Assembly: GCF_009914755.1 (NCBI RefSeq)
Contig: NC_060925.1
Direction: 5' to 3' (one strand)
Length of the DNA: 64,000 nt
Source of the DNA: the human T2T-CHM13v2.0 reference genome, Homo sapiens
Part shown: piece after piece, positions 10,457 through 26,729 of the stretch
How the letters are laid out: each line of letters starts with the position of its first letter
Numbering within the stretch: the stretch's first letter is position 1
Notes under the pieces: generated by a model
Database searches by the model: none
What the model saw: only the letters and a program-made list of their open reading frames with translations
What the model was told of the DNA's origin: nothing
Made by a program: the position numbers and the translations under genes

Positions 10457-13400
10457 GACTTCATAGGCCTCTGTAAGACTTGGGCTTTTACTCTAAGTAA
10501 AACAGGCAGCCACTGGAGGGTTTGAGTAGAGATTCATGAGTTGCCTTGAAGCCTGAATGAATAGAAAAACAGTTGTGTCTCCAAAAATGTTTCTTTAATT
10601 GAAGACACCTGCCCAACATCACACAGAATTTGTGATGGGACAGACTCATGGTGCCTGCTCCTCTGCTCTCTGCTCCATTTTAAATAAATGGCATTGAGAA
10701 CCTCAGAAACTTCAAAAACACAGAGGGATGTTTGCATATTCTCTAACAGTTTTGTACAAGACTCCAACTCTTTGAAGGCCTTTGGAGGTCAGAGATGACA
10801 CTGAGAAGGGCCAGCCATCATTGACAGGACCTCACCAATAATGCAGAGGAAGGTTTTTGTCTGTTTGATTTCCTGGGAGAGTGCCAGTTTTAGCAGAAAA
10901 GGGGAAGAAAATCCAGCCCCTGAGGAGCCCCTGCAATATCCTAGGCACGCTGCCAAGCAATTTTACATCCAATGGCTCATTTAATCCTACAAGGACACTG
11001 CTCAGTGGATATTAATATCTTTATTTTGAAAAAAAGTGCTTTCAGAGAAGTTAGGTAACTAGTCTAAGGTCACACATCCTCTTATTCCATCAATAAGTGG
11101 ATCAAGGACCAGTCTAACCCCTCAAGGTGGCCATGAAGGCAGTAGAGTGTGGGAGTCTTTGAGCAAAGTCTTTGAATGAGAAAGCCAGGTCTTTGGACTA
11201 AAAGTCATTTTGCCTCTCTGAGTCTCAATTTCCTCATTGGTAAAGTAGGAATAACATCAGTGCTATCCATTTCAAAGAATGTTTCTGAGCATTTAAATGA
11301 ACTAATGTGTGAGAAGCACCTGGCAAATTTTAAAGCTCTGTACTAAAGACCCTTAACCCAAGGTCCATGTCTGAGCTTTGAGGTCTATGAACCTCTTGAA
11401 GATGATGCTAAATTTTATATATATAAGCAGAGACCTGCTGGTCCATCACACAATCTGAATTCCCCTGTGCCTCTTATATGTGAGCTTCTTGCTGTGCTGG
11501 AAGTGATTCTATTATTTAAAGAAAGACTTTTTCATACAACATGGCTCCCAAATGTAAACCAACTAACTTCTATATAGATACTACACTATATACTCTGAAG
11601 TTTTGAGGGCATTCACAGGATTTGCAAGGGTAATTTCAACTACATGTGATTTTTGTCTCACAGACTATCTTTAGAGCTGAACACCTGAACATGATGTGAC
11701 TCCTCTGTGCATTTGTGACTGGAGAGTCCATGGCTTCCAGCAGCAGATTTTTAAAGAAGGTGATTTAAAGTTTATTGGGAAGTACCATTTTAGACAAATA
11801 CTGGAAGTATTAAGATGTTAAAAATGATGAATATGATATGATAATTATAATTACATATACATTAATGGAGCATCTACTATGTGTAGGGCACAATTCAAGA
11901 GTGAATTAGAGAATACACTAGCTGCATTCTATAAACATATCCCCTGAGGGCTCATAATGCCATGGGGACGACAAACCACATGTTGCTCGCAGATTTCTTG
12001 GAGGAGGTGGGATATGAGCTAGATCCTAAATGATGCTTGGAATTTTAACAGGTGAAGTTAAGATAAGAGCCTGCCAGACAGGAAGACTGTATTGACAAAA
12101 GGCATGGTGTAAAGAATGTAGCAGGGCCTGCACAGGGAAAGGTGTGAGCCTAGTATAGGCTGAGATGTGGAATGAGCAGGGAGGAGGCTGAAGTCCGAAG
12201 AAGGCCTGGGGTTCAACGTCAGCCAGGATGCAGACTCTATTCTCCATCTCAATTTCCACAACTCATTCAGCCCTTTCTCTCCCCCACTACCTATTCCAGA
12301 GCTAAGCACCCTATGGATGCTCAACGATATCTTGTTCTGGGGGAGGGAGACCCTTAACCTGACAAACTTGGATGCTGGTCCTGCTTCACCTACTAGCCAG
12401 CTGTGTGACCTTGAGCAAGACCCTTTCCCTCTCTGAATCTCAGTCTCTTAATTTGTAAAATGGGAATTGTCATACTTCTCCTGCCGATCATGCAAAACAG
12501 GGTGTTTGCCTCTTAGTGGAAGCTCATCTCATGTTAGTTAAACCGCCATCTTATGGGGTTCTTGGGGGACATCAAAGAGGCAGTAGACGGTCTAATGCTT
12601 AGGAACAAAGACCAAGGACAGCCTCAAAGTCTGCATTATTACCGTGGTCACCACCTTTGAGCAGCTCTCACTTCCTCCAGAGGCAGCAAACATTCAGCCT
12701 TCTCTCGTCACGGCACGTTCCTCCTTCTGCAGCAAAGGAGACAGAAAGGAGATTCACCAATTGCCTGGGCTGAGGCCAGACATTGAAAGTCTCCCAATGC
12801 ATGCTAATGCCATCGACCCTTGCTGAGATGTGCTGGGCTATCAAACAAACTTATTTGACTCTGATTCACCTCTGGATAAGGTAAAGTTTATGCTACTGAT
12901 ATGAAGAAATACTAGGGGAAAAGTTGTCCAAACAACTCTTCCCAGACCTCAATTTCATAACTTCTGATTGAGTTAAGATGATACAACCCTTCTTAGAGAT
13001 GCCATCATACTATCATTCACTCACTTGATTATCTAACAAGTGCTCACTTTAAGTAGACCCTGTGCTGGGTCCTGGGAACACTGAGGGAACATAGAGCAGA
13101 CTCTGTGCTAAAGAAGCTCACAGTCTATGGGCAGAAAAGGGGAAAAACCCTGAACCCCAACAATTGTGGACATTGAAATATGATGGGTCATTGGACCGGG
13201 ATAGCCCAGGGTGCTATGGGAGCCAGAGAAGAAAGCACTCACTAGCCTGAGGTGGGGTTTTAAAGACACCAGGCCTACTACAGACTGGGCCCAGTTCCAG
13301 CTCAGCACTCCCTGTTGCAGCACCTGTTCACACCATTTGCACCAGCCATGCCAATGACTTGCAGCCTTTCATTTGCACCAGGCTATTTTATGCATTCATG

Positions 13401-14039
13401 CCCATGGTGGATGGAGTATGTAAAAACAAGGCTTGGGAACCAATAAATGAATGCCCTTCCAGGAGAGGGTTCAAACAAGGTCTCATAGGGAGGTGCTTGA
13501 TCTGGATCTTGGAATCAGTAGAAGTTCACCCAAGGAGTGGTCAAGGGGAGCTGCATGGCATTTGGGTAAAAGAGAAAGCATGCGCAGGGAATAGTAAGAA
13601 GTTCAATGTAACTAGAGCACTAGATAAGTATAGGGGAATTTGTGAGAGTTGAGGCTGGAGGCAGGAGCAAGGTCACCAACGGCATTGGATGCCAGGCTAA
13701 GGAGTTAGGACTTTATCCTGTACATAATGAAGAGGACTTCAATGAGTTTTAAGCAAGGTAGTAACTTGCTCAACCAGAATAATGACCCCTGGAGCCCTTA
13801 AAGTAAGCTCATAAGAGCCCAGACTTCTATAAACTAGTAGAAAAAAAGCCTCTGAAATTTGACTCAAAGGCAAGAAAGTGCATTCCAGGCCCCTACAGAG
13901 ATTAGGCCAGCGAGCAATCCCTCCTCCTGCTAGACTCCAAGGGGACCAAGACTTCCCAAGGTCACCTTCTCCTGATAGCCTTTGACGTCTCCACAATTTC
14001 TTCACCCTCCAAGACCATTGCCTTTCGGCAGTCTCTGTG

Positions 14040-14520
14040 CCAAGGACAGATTTGATAGCAAGAAAATGGCCCACTGGAGAAATAAAATGCCTGTGTTTCT
14101 TCAGCAGGGAAAGCTGTTGGGGTTTTTTATTATCATTATTATTATTTTTCTCTGAGCTGAACAAGTGACAGGACATAATAATATCGTTTATTCCAACTTG
14201 CTCTTGCAAATCAGAACTTTTTAATATTTTCCTTTCAAATGAAAATGCCATTTATCATTATCAAATGAAGTGCTAATGAAAACAACATGTAGAAAAAACA
14301 CATTCACACAGCAGAGCATGATGGAGCACCTTGTCAGCGGTCCATAGTCTCGCCGTTAATTTGATTTCTGCCAAAAATCACTTAAGTGAGGCTTGGGGAT
14401 TTTTTTTGTCTCAATGCTCCAGGCCTTTCTGCTGAGGCCTGTTTATTCCTCTCTCCTGAGAAGGCACTGAAATCCCGAGTTCATTTTAATCTGACTTTTA
14501 ATGGAACTCCCATTGATTGC
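14040..14520. promoter_or_regulatory. Candidate conserved non-coding element / enhancer
   Basis: Repeat-free, AT-rich; TAATTTGATT (14357-14366) and palindrome TCACTTAAGTGA (14378-14389). Inferred from composition only. Confidence 0.45.
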
Positions 14521-14997
14521 ATGAGGGAAGTGTGCATATCAGGGAGCATAAGGGACTATTCTTGCCTGTCTGTGTGTCATTGCCCATTTCTTTCACCCAA
14601 CACATATTTGGCTGGTGGGCTTTGGCTGTGTCCTTGTTTAGGTAGTGTGTGTTTGTGTACTTCAATCTGGTGTGCCGCTATGGGTGATTATACGTTTGTG
14701 TCCACGAGCCAGGAGGACAGTAATTATGTCTATTTGTTAACCACTGGAGGCCCAGCACCTGGCCTATTGCCTGACACATAGTAGGCCCTCAATAAGTATT
14801 TGTTAAATGAATAAGTGAATGTTTCTGTATGTTTTCATGAAGCATGTGTTTTAGTCTGTATGGGTTCAGATATATGTGCTTCTAATCCCAGGAGTGGAAA
14901 TTTCAGGGACAGGAACTCTGAATCTCTAGTGTTTACTTAGTACTTCACACATGTCAGGCACTTAGAGAATATTTTTTGAGTATATATATATGTTTCC

Positions 14998-15315
14998 ATA
15001 TTTTTTAAATTAGGTAAAGTTTACATAACATAAAATTAACCGATTTTAAGAGTACAGTTCAGTGGCACTTTGTACTTTCATAATGTTGTGCAACCATCAC
15101 CTCCATCTAGTTCCAAAACATTTTCATCTTCCCCCAAAGAAACTCTGTACCTATTAAGCAGTGACTCCATATTCCTCCCTCCCCCAGCCCCTGGCAACCT
15201 GTTTTCTGCCTCTATGGATTTACCTATTCTGGATACTTTATGTAAATGGAATAATACAATATGTGACTTTTTGTGTCTAGATTGTTTTGCCTACCATAAT
15301 GTTTTCAAAGTTCTC
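14998..15315 (-). mobile_element. L1MB-type 3' end fragment
   Basis: cataacataaaattaacc..tttaagagtacagttcagtggc..gttgtgcaaccatcacc..ctattctggatacttta..aaatggaataataca. Confidence 0.85.
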
Positions 15316-16239
15316 CATATATGTTTTTACATCTGTGTGTATTTAAGTCTGTAGGTGTGTGTTCATGCGTGGGATACTTGGCACCACAGCCGCATCCCTA
15401 GAGCACAGGGCCTGACAAAGAACAGCTGGGCAATGAGGAAAACTCTTGCCATTCCTTTCCCTACTTTCCTGCCAGGTGCTCCTTGGCCCAGATCATCTTT
15501 CCTTCCTTACCCCGACCTCTGCTGTTTCCTGGCAAGCTCTGAATGATTACTTGGTGATCTGTCCAAGTGTCATCTATTCCAGGAAGACTTTCCTGACCCC
15601 AGGCTAGGTTATAAGACTCTCCTCTGGACTCCCACTGCCCTTGCACTTTCTTTTGTCATCACTTTGCTCCCTTGTGTGATCATTGTCAATTTACTTGTCT
15701 CTCTCTGTTAGATCATGAGTTCCTGAAGGAAATGGACTGCGTCTTCTTCATCTATGCAGTCCCAGTACTTAACATGATATTTAGTTTATATTGGGTGTCC
15801 CACGGGTGTTGGTTGAATGAATAAATGAATGAATTTTGGGGGAAAAGTCATTCCACATAGAGAGAACAGCCTGTGCAAAAGCCCTAAGGCATGAGACAGC
15901 ACATTCGTTATTAAAAAAATTATAACAGTTTGATATGACTTGAAGCCTGTCATATGTGAATGAGGAGGAAAGTGAGAGTTAAGATAGGAAATAAGAAGTA
16001 GGAATTGGCCTATCATAAACCTTCCTGATGGCAAAGGGAAATGCGTCAATGGTTTAAGCAAGGACATGACATAGTCAGATTTGTGGGTTAGAGGATTCCT
16101 TAGCTACCAAGTGAAGAATGGATTAGAGAGGACCAGAGTGGATGAGGATGGACCACTTAGGAGACTACTGCAGAGTACAGGCAAGTGATGATGGCTCAGT
16201 TCAGGGTGGTGGCATAGAATTAGAGACAGAAAACTTGAG

Positions 16240-16449
16240 CAGTGCTCAACAAAGTGGTCTGTGAACTGGGGCTGATCTGTGAACTACAGTCCACAGCAAG
16301 ACAAGTACAAAAAGCAAGAGAACAAGGACTTTATAGTAATTTGACATTTCTGAGACATTTTTATTGTATTTTACAAAAGTATCAGTCTACAGCAAATTGA
16401 AAATGGAAAAATAAAAGGTACTTCACCACAGATAGTTTAGGGAACATGC
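16240..16449. mobile_element. MER5-group hAT-Charlie DNA transposon fossil
   Basis: cagtgctcaacaaagtggtc start; tttattgtattttacaaaagtatcagtc; cttcaccacagatagttt end. Confidence 0.7.
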
Positions 16450-16831
16450 TAATAAATGGAGTACATTAGCAGGTGGGAGAGAGAGGAAGCAGGAATGACC
16501 CCGGCAAGACTGTCAATGACAGAAGCATGTCAGAAGCATTTCCATTTCCTTCCTTGGGGAGGAAATGTTTGCTAAATAAACTTCCAGGGTTCATCAAAAG
16601 CTGATGGTTTTGAACAATGTCAGTGATTTCACAAGATGCCAGAAAGGAGGAGGACAAAAAGCTGGGTTCAGAGAGAAAATTGTATCTGGGCCTAGGTGGT
16701 CATCAGCCACCGAGAAGTACAGCTACGCTTCCTTCTTCATCTTCCTCCAACTTTTCCCTTCCCCTGCTAAAAGGCATAGGATAGTATGAGCTTCTGTGGA
16801 AACTGGGAGTCATGCTGAACTCCTCCCTGAC

Positions 16832-19139
16832 TAATATGGTTTGGCTGTGTCCCCACCCAAATCTCACCTTGAATTTTAGCTCCCATAATCCCCACATGTT
16901 GTGGGAGGGACCCAGTGGGAGGTCATTGAATCATGTGGGCAGGTTTTCCCGTGATGTTCTCCTGATATTGAATAAGTCTCACAAGATCTGATGGTTTTAT
17001 AAAGCACAGTTCCCCTGCACATGCCCTCTTGCCTGCTGTCATGCAAGATGTGACTTTGCTCCTCCTTTGCCTTCCACTATGATTGTGAGGCCTCCCCAGC
17101 CATGTGGAACTGTGAGTCCATTAAAACTCTGTTTCTTTATAAATTGCCCAGTCTTGGTTATGTCTTTATTAGCAATGTAAGGACAGACTAATACAGTAAA
17201 TTGGTACTATGAGTAGGGTGTTGCTGTAAAGACACCCCAAAATGTGGAAGCAACTTTGGAACTGGGTAACAGGCAAAGGTTGAAACAGTTTGGAGAGCTC
17301 AGAAGAAGACAGGAAAATGTGGGAAAGTTTGGAACTTCCTGGAGACTTGGAAAGCTCAGAAGACAGGAAGATGCAGGAAAGTTTGGAACTTCCTAGAGAC
17401 TTGTTGAATGGTTTTGATCAAAATGCTGTTAGTGATATGGACAATAAAGTCCAGGCTGAGGTGGTCCCAGATAGAGATGAGGAACTTGTTGGGAACTGGA
17501 GTAAAGGTAGCTCTTGCTATGCAAAGATACTGGCAGCAATTTGCCCCTGCCCTAGAGATCTGTGGAACTTTGAACTTGAGAGAGCTGATTTAGGGTATCT
17601 GGTGGAAGAAATTTCTAAGTGGCAGTGTTTAAGAGGAAGCAGAGCATAAAAGTTTTGAAAATTCACAGCCTGATGATGCAGAAGAAAAGGAAACCCCATT
17701 TTCTGGGGAAAAATTCAAGCCGGGCAGCAGAAATTTGCATAAGTAACAAGGAACCAAATGCTAATCACCAAGACAAAGGGGAAAATGTCTCCAGTGCATG
17801 TCAGAGACCTTTCTGGCAGCCCCTCCCATCACAGGCCCAGAGGCCTAGGAGGGAAAAATGGTTTCCTGGGGTGGGTCCAGGACCTCCCTGCTTTGTGCAG
17901 CCTCAGGACTTGCTGCCTTGCATCCTAGCCACTCCAGCCATGGCTAAAAGGAACCAACGCACAGCTCAGACCAGGGCTTCAGAAGATGCAAGCCCTAAGA
18001 CTTGGCAGCTTACATGTGGTGTTCAGCCTGTAGGTACACAGAAGTCAAGAATTGAGGTTTGGGAACCTCCACTTAGATTTCAGAGGATGTATGGAAATAC
18101 CTGGATATCCAGGCAGAGGTGTGCTGTAGGGCTGGAACCCTCATGGAGAACCTCTGCTAGGGTAATGTGGAAGGGAAATATGGGGTCAGAGCCCCCACAC
18201 AGTCCCCACTGGGACACTACCTACTGGAGCTGTGAGAAGAGGGCCACCGTCTTCCAGACCCCAGAAGGATCCATCGACAGCTTGCACCATGCACCTGGGA
18301 AAGCTACAGGCACTCATCACCAGCCTATGAAAGCAGCCAGGAAGGGGGCTGTACCCTGAAAAGCCACAGGGGTGGAGCTGCCCAAGGCCATGGGAGCCCA
18401 CCTTGTGCATCAGCATGACCTGGATGTGAGACATGGATTTAAAGGAGATCATTTTTGAGCTTTAAAATTTGACTGCCCTGCTGGATTTCAGACTTGAATG
18501 AAGCCTGTACCCCCTTTGTTTTGGCCAATTTCTCCCTTTTGGAACATGTGTATTTACCTAATTCCTGTGTCCCCATTATGTCTAGGAAGTAACCAACTAT
18601 CTTTTGATTTTCCATGCTCACAGGCTGAAGGGACTTGCCTTGTCTCAGATGAGACTTTGGACTATGGACTTTTGAGTTAATGCTGAAATGAGTTAAGACT
18701 TTTGAGGACTGTTGGGAAGGCATGATTGGTTTTGAAATGTGAGGACATGAGACTTAGGAGGCCCAGGGGTAGAATGATATGGTTTGGCTGTATCCCCACC
18801 CAAATCTCATCTTGAATTGTAGCTCCCATAATCCCCATGCATTGTGGGAGGGAGCCAGTGGGAGGTAATTGAATCATGGAGGTGAGTTTTTCCAGTGCTG
18901 TTCTCATGATAGTGACTAAGTCTCCCATGATCTGATGGTTTTATAAAGGGCAGTCCTTCTACACATGCTCTCTTGCTTGCTACCATGTAAGACATGCCTG
19001 TGCTCCTCTTTTGCCTTCTGCCATGATTGTGAGACCTCCCCAGCCATGTGGAACTGTGAGTCCATTAAACCTCTTTTTCTTTCTAAATTAGCCAGTCTCA
19101 GGTACGTCTTTATTAGCAGCATGAGAACAGACTAATACA
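16832..19139 (+). mobile_element. Full-length THE1C-type MaLR: 5' LTR 16832-17195, internal 17196-18774, 3' LTR 18775-19139
   Basis: THE1 LTR sequence at both ends, perfect 5-bp TSD ctgac (16827-16831 / 19140-19144), MaLR ORF remnants 17290-18359. Confidence 0.96.
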
Positions 19140-19189
19140 CTGACCGTCATCCCTCACACTTAAGCAGCTACCAAGCACTGTGACCTCAA

Positions 19190-19400
19190 GAAGCAGTATA
19201 ATGTGGGGTTGAGGACATGGACTCTGGAGATAGTCTTCCTGAGTTCAAATCCTGACTGACTCCAACACTTACAAGGTATATAACCTTGAATATGTTTCTA
19301 CAGCCCTCTGGGCACGTGTCTTTGGGTTATTGTGAGAATGAATTTAGTTATATATCAAGCACTTAGAACAATGCTTGGTATATAGCAAGAATTCTATGTG
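19190..19400 (+). mobile_element. MIR SINE
   Basis: ggactctggagatag..gagttcaaatcctg..cacttagaacaatgcttgg. Confidence 0.75.
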
Positions 19401-20545
19401 TTATGCATTGATTACTATCATTTTAGTGGTTGCTTCTACTTCTAAGTATCTCATGAATGAACTCCATTCCTTGTACTGCTGCCCCAGTCCAGGCAACCAC
19501 CATTCCTCCTCATATACAGCAACAGCCTTCACCTCAGTGGCCTCCCTGTCTTCTGTTGGGTCTTCTCCTATTCCACTCTGGCCCCAAAATGCTCTTTCTG
19601 AATCATAAATCTAGCATGTCACTTTCCTACTTAAAACCTCTCTGTGGCTGGTTATCCATGGTACCCAGGCCCGGCATGATTCAGCCCTTTTCTTCCCCTC
19701 ATGGCCTCAGCATTTGCCACAAATTTTTTTGCCCTCCATGTGTCAGTGGCATGAGCCTTTCTTAGTTTCCCCCAACGGCTTTTGCATATTCTGCTCCCTC
19801 TGCCTGGGCCAGCATCCCCATCATCAAACCAGTTCTACTGCTTCCTTCAAGTCTTAGCTGGGTAGTTATATCTTCTAAGGTGTCTTGCTTGACTCTCCAG
19901 GCAGAATTAGAAGCCCCAAATTTCTGTTCTCATAGCTCTTGTGCCTCCTTGAAATAGCACTGACACAAGAATGCCATCTTTGCTGTCACATATCTGCCTC
20001 CCGAGACTGTGAGTCCCTCCAGTGCAGACCCTGGGCCTGATCTATCTGTGTAGATACTCAGTAAACTCATGTGAAATGGGATTGAATTGGAACCAGCCCA
20101 ATATTGCACTTTAAGAGCCAGAAAGCAGAATAAAGTGGCTGAATCCAACTACTCCAGGAGCGGTTCATGCGTGGGCAAGGGGAGCATGAGATGTTCTTTT
20201 CTCACACCATCCTCTTCCTGCTGCCAACCCCCTCCTAGCTGCGTGAGTCTCGTGAGCTGAATACAGAACGGATGGGCTTGGCAGCGACTGCCTGGCTGTG
20301 TGCCCACCACCCATGGGCACCCAGGAAACATGCTGAAAGGAGCTGAGCACCACCCAAGCAGTCCTACCCTCTGACTCCTACCATAGGACATTGGAGACAG
20401 GAGTAGGTGGAGCACAGAAGGGGAGTCACCTGAACCTACAATATTTCTAGGCCTCAGTCTTCTTCTCTACTAGATGGATTCAATAATCCTGCCTTAATGG
20501 TTGCAATGGGGAGTTAAAGAGATCACAGATGTGAGCACAGAGTGG

Positions 20546-20794
20546 TTCCAGACTTGCATGGGGCCTATACCCCCTTTGTTTTAGCCAATTTCTCCCATTT
20601 TGAAGATATGTAGTTACCCAATACCTGTACTCCCATCATATCTATGAAGTAACTAACTTGCTTTTGATTTTACAGGCTCATAGGCAGAAGGGACTTGCCT
20701 TGTCTCAGATGAGACTTTGGACTGTGGACTTTTGAGTTAATGCTGAAATGAGTTAAGACTTTGGGGGACTGTTGAGAAGGCATGATTGGTTGAA
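20546..20794 (+). mobile_element. Orphan THE1-internal fragment without LTRs
   Basis: Gap-free alignment to 18486-18734 (offset 2060), about 88% identity by hand count. Confidence 0.92.
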
Positions 20795-21094
20795 CCTTGT
20801 TAACCCTTCTGCTTGAACCCTGTTAACTTTCTCATAATCACCAGGGAAACTGAGGTGAAGAGAGTGAGGAAAAGTACAATTTTGGGTAGGATCCCACTTT
20901 GATGCAGCATAGGTGAAAGGTGCTCTGCAAATGTACAATATCTTCTGAGAATCTGATTCATTTTTAAAAGCCTTCACAGGTGGGGAACCTGGGCACAGAT
21001 TTGTAGTGGTAAGGAGTCAGAGATGAGCAGTTCAGGAAACAAAAGATTACATATGGAAAAAAAGTGAACTGAAATACACCACTGCCAATGGTAT

Positions 21095-21300
21095 CTAACA
21101 TTTATAGAGTACTTATTATGGACAGGGACTGTGTTAAGTGCTTTATACGTATAATCTCAATTAAGCCTCACAATAGCCCTATGAGTAAAGTATTATTATT
21201 ATTTCCACTTTACAGATGAGAAAACTAGGTCAGAGGGAGTTAAGCAATTTCCACAAGGACCCATTAAAGCAGAGGCAGAATTTGAACCCAGTGGCACCCG
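21095..21300 (-). mobile_element. MIR SINE
   Basis: cacaatagccctatgag..ccactttacagatgagaaaact..gaatttgaaccca. Confidence 0.8.
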
Positions 21301-21326
21301 ATTCTCAAGCCCCTGCTCTTTCCATC

Positions 21327-21760
21327 CTGTGCTAGATATGGTCAATTGGTCTTTCATGTACCATCATGGCTGGAGACCCAAGAACTACATTTTTCAGACT
21401 CCCATTCCAGCTGGGTTCCAGTCTGCTCTGCAGCTGAGGGACACACATGGGCCATCAGAAGGCAGGAAGAAAATTGAAGCCATTGTTGGCTTCTGTCATC
21501 TGTGGGAGTGTGGGCTCTTGTATTCCAGGAGCTGCACTGACATTGGCTCTAGGAATGTCTCTTCAGGAGTGCAGCCTCCACTGTCTCACTTTTACTTCTT
21601 CAGACCTGGGATCAGTAATCACTTCCTTATAATAACTAATCTCTGAGGAGCTCCCCCTTTCCCCTTTTGCTCTCCAGTCCATCAATATCTTTGTAACCAA
21701 GTCTTCTGCTTGAAATGCCCAGAGGGATTTGCTTCACTGCAAAGTGGACACTGGTTGACA
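21327..21760 (+). mobile_element. ERVL solo LTR (LTR33/LTR41-like)
   Basis: gaactacatttttcagactcccattccagctggg..; tttgtaaccaa..cttctgcttgaaatgcccagag end region. Confidence 0.55.
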
Positions 21761-23359
21761 TGATGTTACTCTTTCTGCTCCTTCAGCTAGAAGGAATACC
21801 CAGTTATAGGATCAAGGTGTCAGCCAAGTAGGCTGAGGGCAAGGCTGAGGCCTCTGTAGGACACTGGAGATCTATCACGGAAACTGCAGCAAGCATCTAC
21901 TGGGCCACCACCAAGAAAGGAGGATATGGATCAGAGAGCTCCCAGCAGGCATCCAACATGCCAGGCTCAGGCTGTGAGCCTAATTCCAGAACCCACCCAC
22001 TATTGAGGCTAAGCCCAAAGCCATCCTGCCAGCTTCAGGATGGCCCAGGGCCTGAGCAATGCAAGAGAGCCTTGGGGCTGGCAACTGAGCAGGCTAGCAG
22101 GTGAGGACCAGCAGACTATCTTCTCCCTGCCACTACTGCCCGTGAGAAACCATATGTGTTGACTGGTCTCTTCATTTGGGAACTTGACTGAGAATAAGCT
22201 TTGGGAAATTGACAAATCTGGGAGCCCTCTGACCCATATTCCTTACCAGCTAGTTCTGTGAGTCATTTGGTTCCCCAAACCTGAGCCTCGGTCTCCTTAT
22301 TTATAAAATGGGGGCTGTCATGCCCATTGCACAAGTGTGAGGATTGAATGAGATAATGTATGCAAAGTACTTAATTCAGCTCCTGGCTGGTTGCAGATGC
22401 TTAAAAAATAAGTCTCCCATTCCCCTCCCTTCTTAAAAATAAGCTCCCTTATTTAGTTATTTACAATATCCTATATACATGTCTCTCACACTCCATGATA
22501 AGGTCTGAGAAAATAAAGACATGTCTTAGCTTTCTTTGTCTTGCTTAGAGCATCTAGTTCTTTAAAAAATAATAATATGCCTTTAATAATAAATTAAAAC
22601 CTTCACACTCATAAAAACTAAAAAGAGAGAGATGGAGAAAGAGAAATGAAGCTTCTCTATTCATCCTTAATATTTTGCATCAAAAAAGTCTAAAACTCTA
22701 CAATCTGCTCAATTTATTTTAGTATAAATTCATTCTTCTTTCCTTATCGGTCTCCTTTCTTCCCTCCCTTTCTTTCTACCACAGATATTTATTTTCAAGG
22801 CCCAAAAATGCAAAGATAAACAAGTAGAGTCCTCACCCCGAGGAGCTCAGATTCTAATGGGAGAGACATCATGTCAACAGAGGATGACAACCCACTGGTA
22901 CAGACACAGAGCACTGATCTACACTCCCGTAGCACAGATCAGTGCCATGACAGAGGGAAGCACAGTGGTGTGGAGGCCACAGAGGAAACCTGAGGAGCCG
23001 GGGAGGCTTCCCGGGAGAAATTACTCATGTGCTGCGTCATAATAGAAGAGTGGAAAGAAGCGGTGTGAAGCAGGGGGAGTGGGATGCAGTAAAGGAGCAC
23101 AGACACAGAATCAGGAGAGCCAAGTTCAGAGCCCTCCCAGCTGTGTGACCCGATGTGACTCATGTCCCCCCTTCTGTAAGGCAGAATAATAATACCTGCT
23201 GAACAAGGTGGTCACAGGTTCAATGGCAATACAGAAAGTACGTGGTGTAAAGTAGGTGTCAAGGAAATCAGGTGCCTCCCACCACCACTGTGACAATGGC
23301 CTTTCCTGAAGGACAAAGGAACTCAATGTTAGAAGTGTGGGGGACTAAAATGTCTCTCT

Positions 23360-23460
23360 CTTCTTTTTCAGAAGAGTTTACTTAGGTTTATAGAAAAAAA
23401 TGAGCAGAAAGCACATATTTTGCATATATCCTTACCCCATCTCCACACGATTTCACCTAT
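23360..23460 (-). mobile_element. Old L1M (MC/MD-type) 3' end; continues at ~26341-26395 and hosts the L1PA insertion
   Basis: ttaggtttatagaaaaaaatgagcagaaagcac ... ttcccctattattaac..tgtggtacacttgttgtaattg. Confidence 0.7.
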
Positions 23461-26342
<2,882 letters not shown>

Positions 26343-26729
26343 CCCCTATTATTAACCTCATGTATGAGTGTGGTACACTTGTTGTAATTGGTAAAATGCC
26401 TGTTGAAGATGCTTAGCTGGCTGCAGCATGTGAAACAGCTCCCACCTTCCCCCACTAGATCTCCTTTCTGAGCAGGGCTTATTGCTAATTACAACATTTT
26501 AAAAACAGCGAATAATGGAGAATCCAATCCCCTGTTCCCACCCCAACACATACATCCCTGAGGTTAGGACCACCCAGAACACAAGCAGTCCAGGAGACTC
26601 ACCAGATTTCGGTGAGCCCCTCTCAGTTCACATCTTCTCTGCCCTTTTAGATTTGAGACACCACGACACAAGAAGAAACCATCCCTGACTTTCTTCTTCC
26701 CTTTTCAAACTGAACAAGTTCCTGAACTT

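Noticed and set aside
13739-14781. 170-aa and 131-aa ORFs
   Set aside because: No recognisable domain or exon structure; composition as expected from chance ORFs in non-coding DNA.
17290-18359. ORFs of 119 and 246 aa
   Set aside because: THE1 internal ORF remnants with frameshifts; no sign of a domesticated gene.
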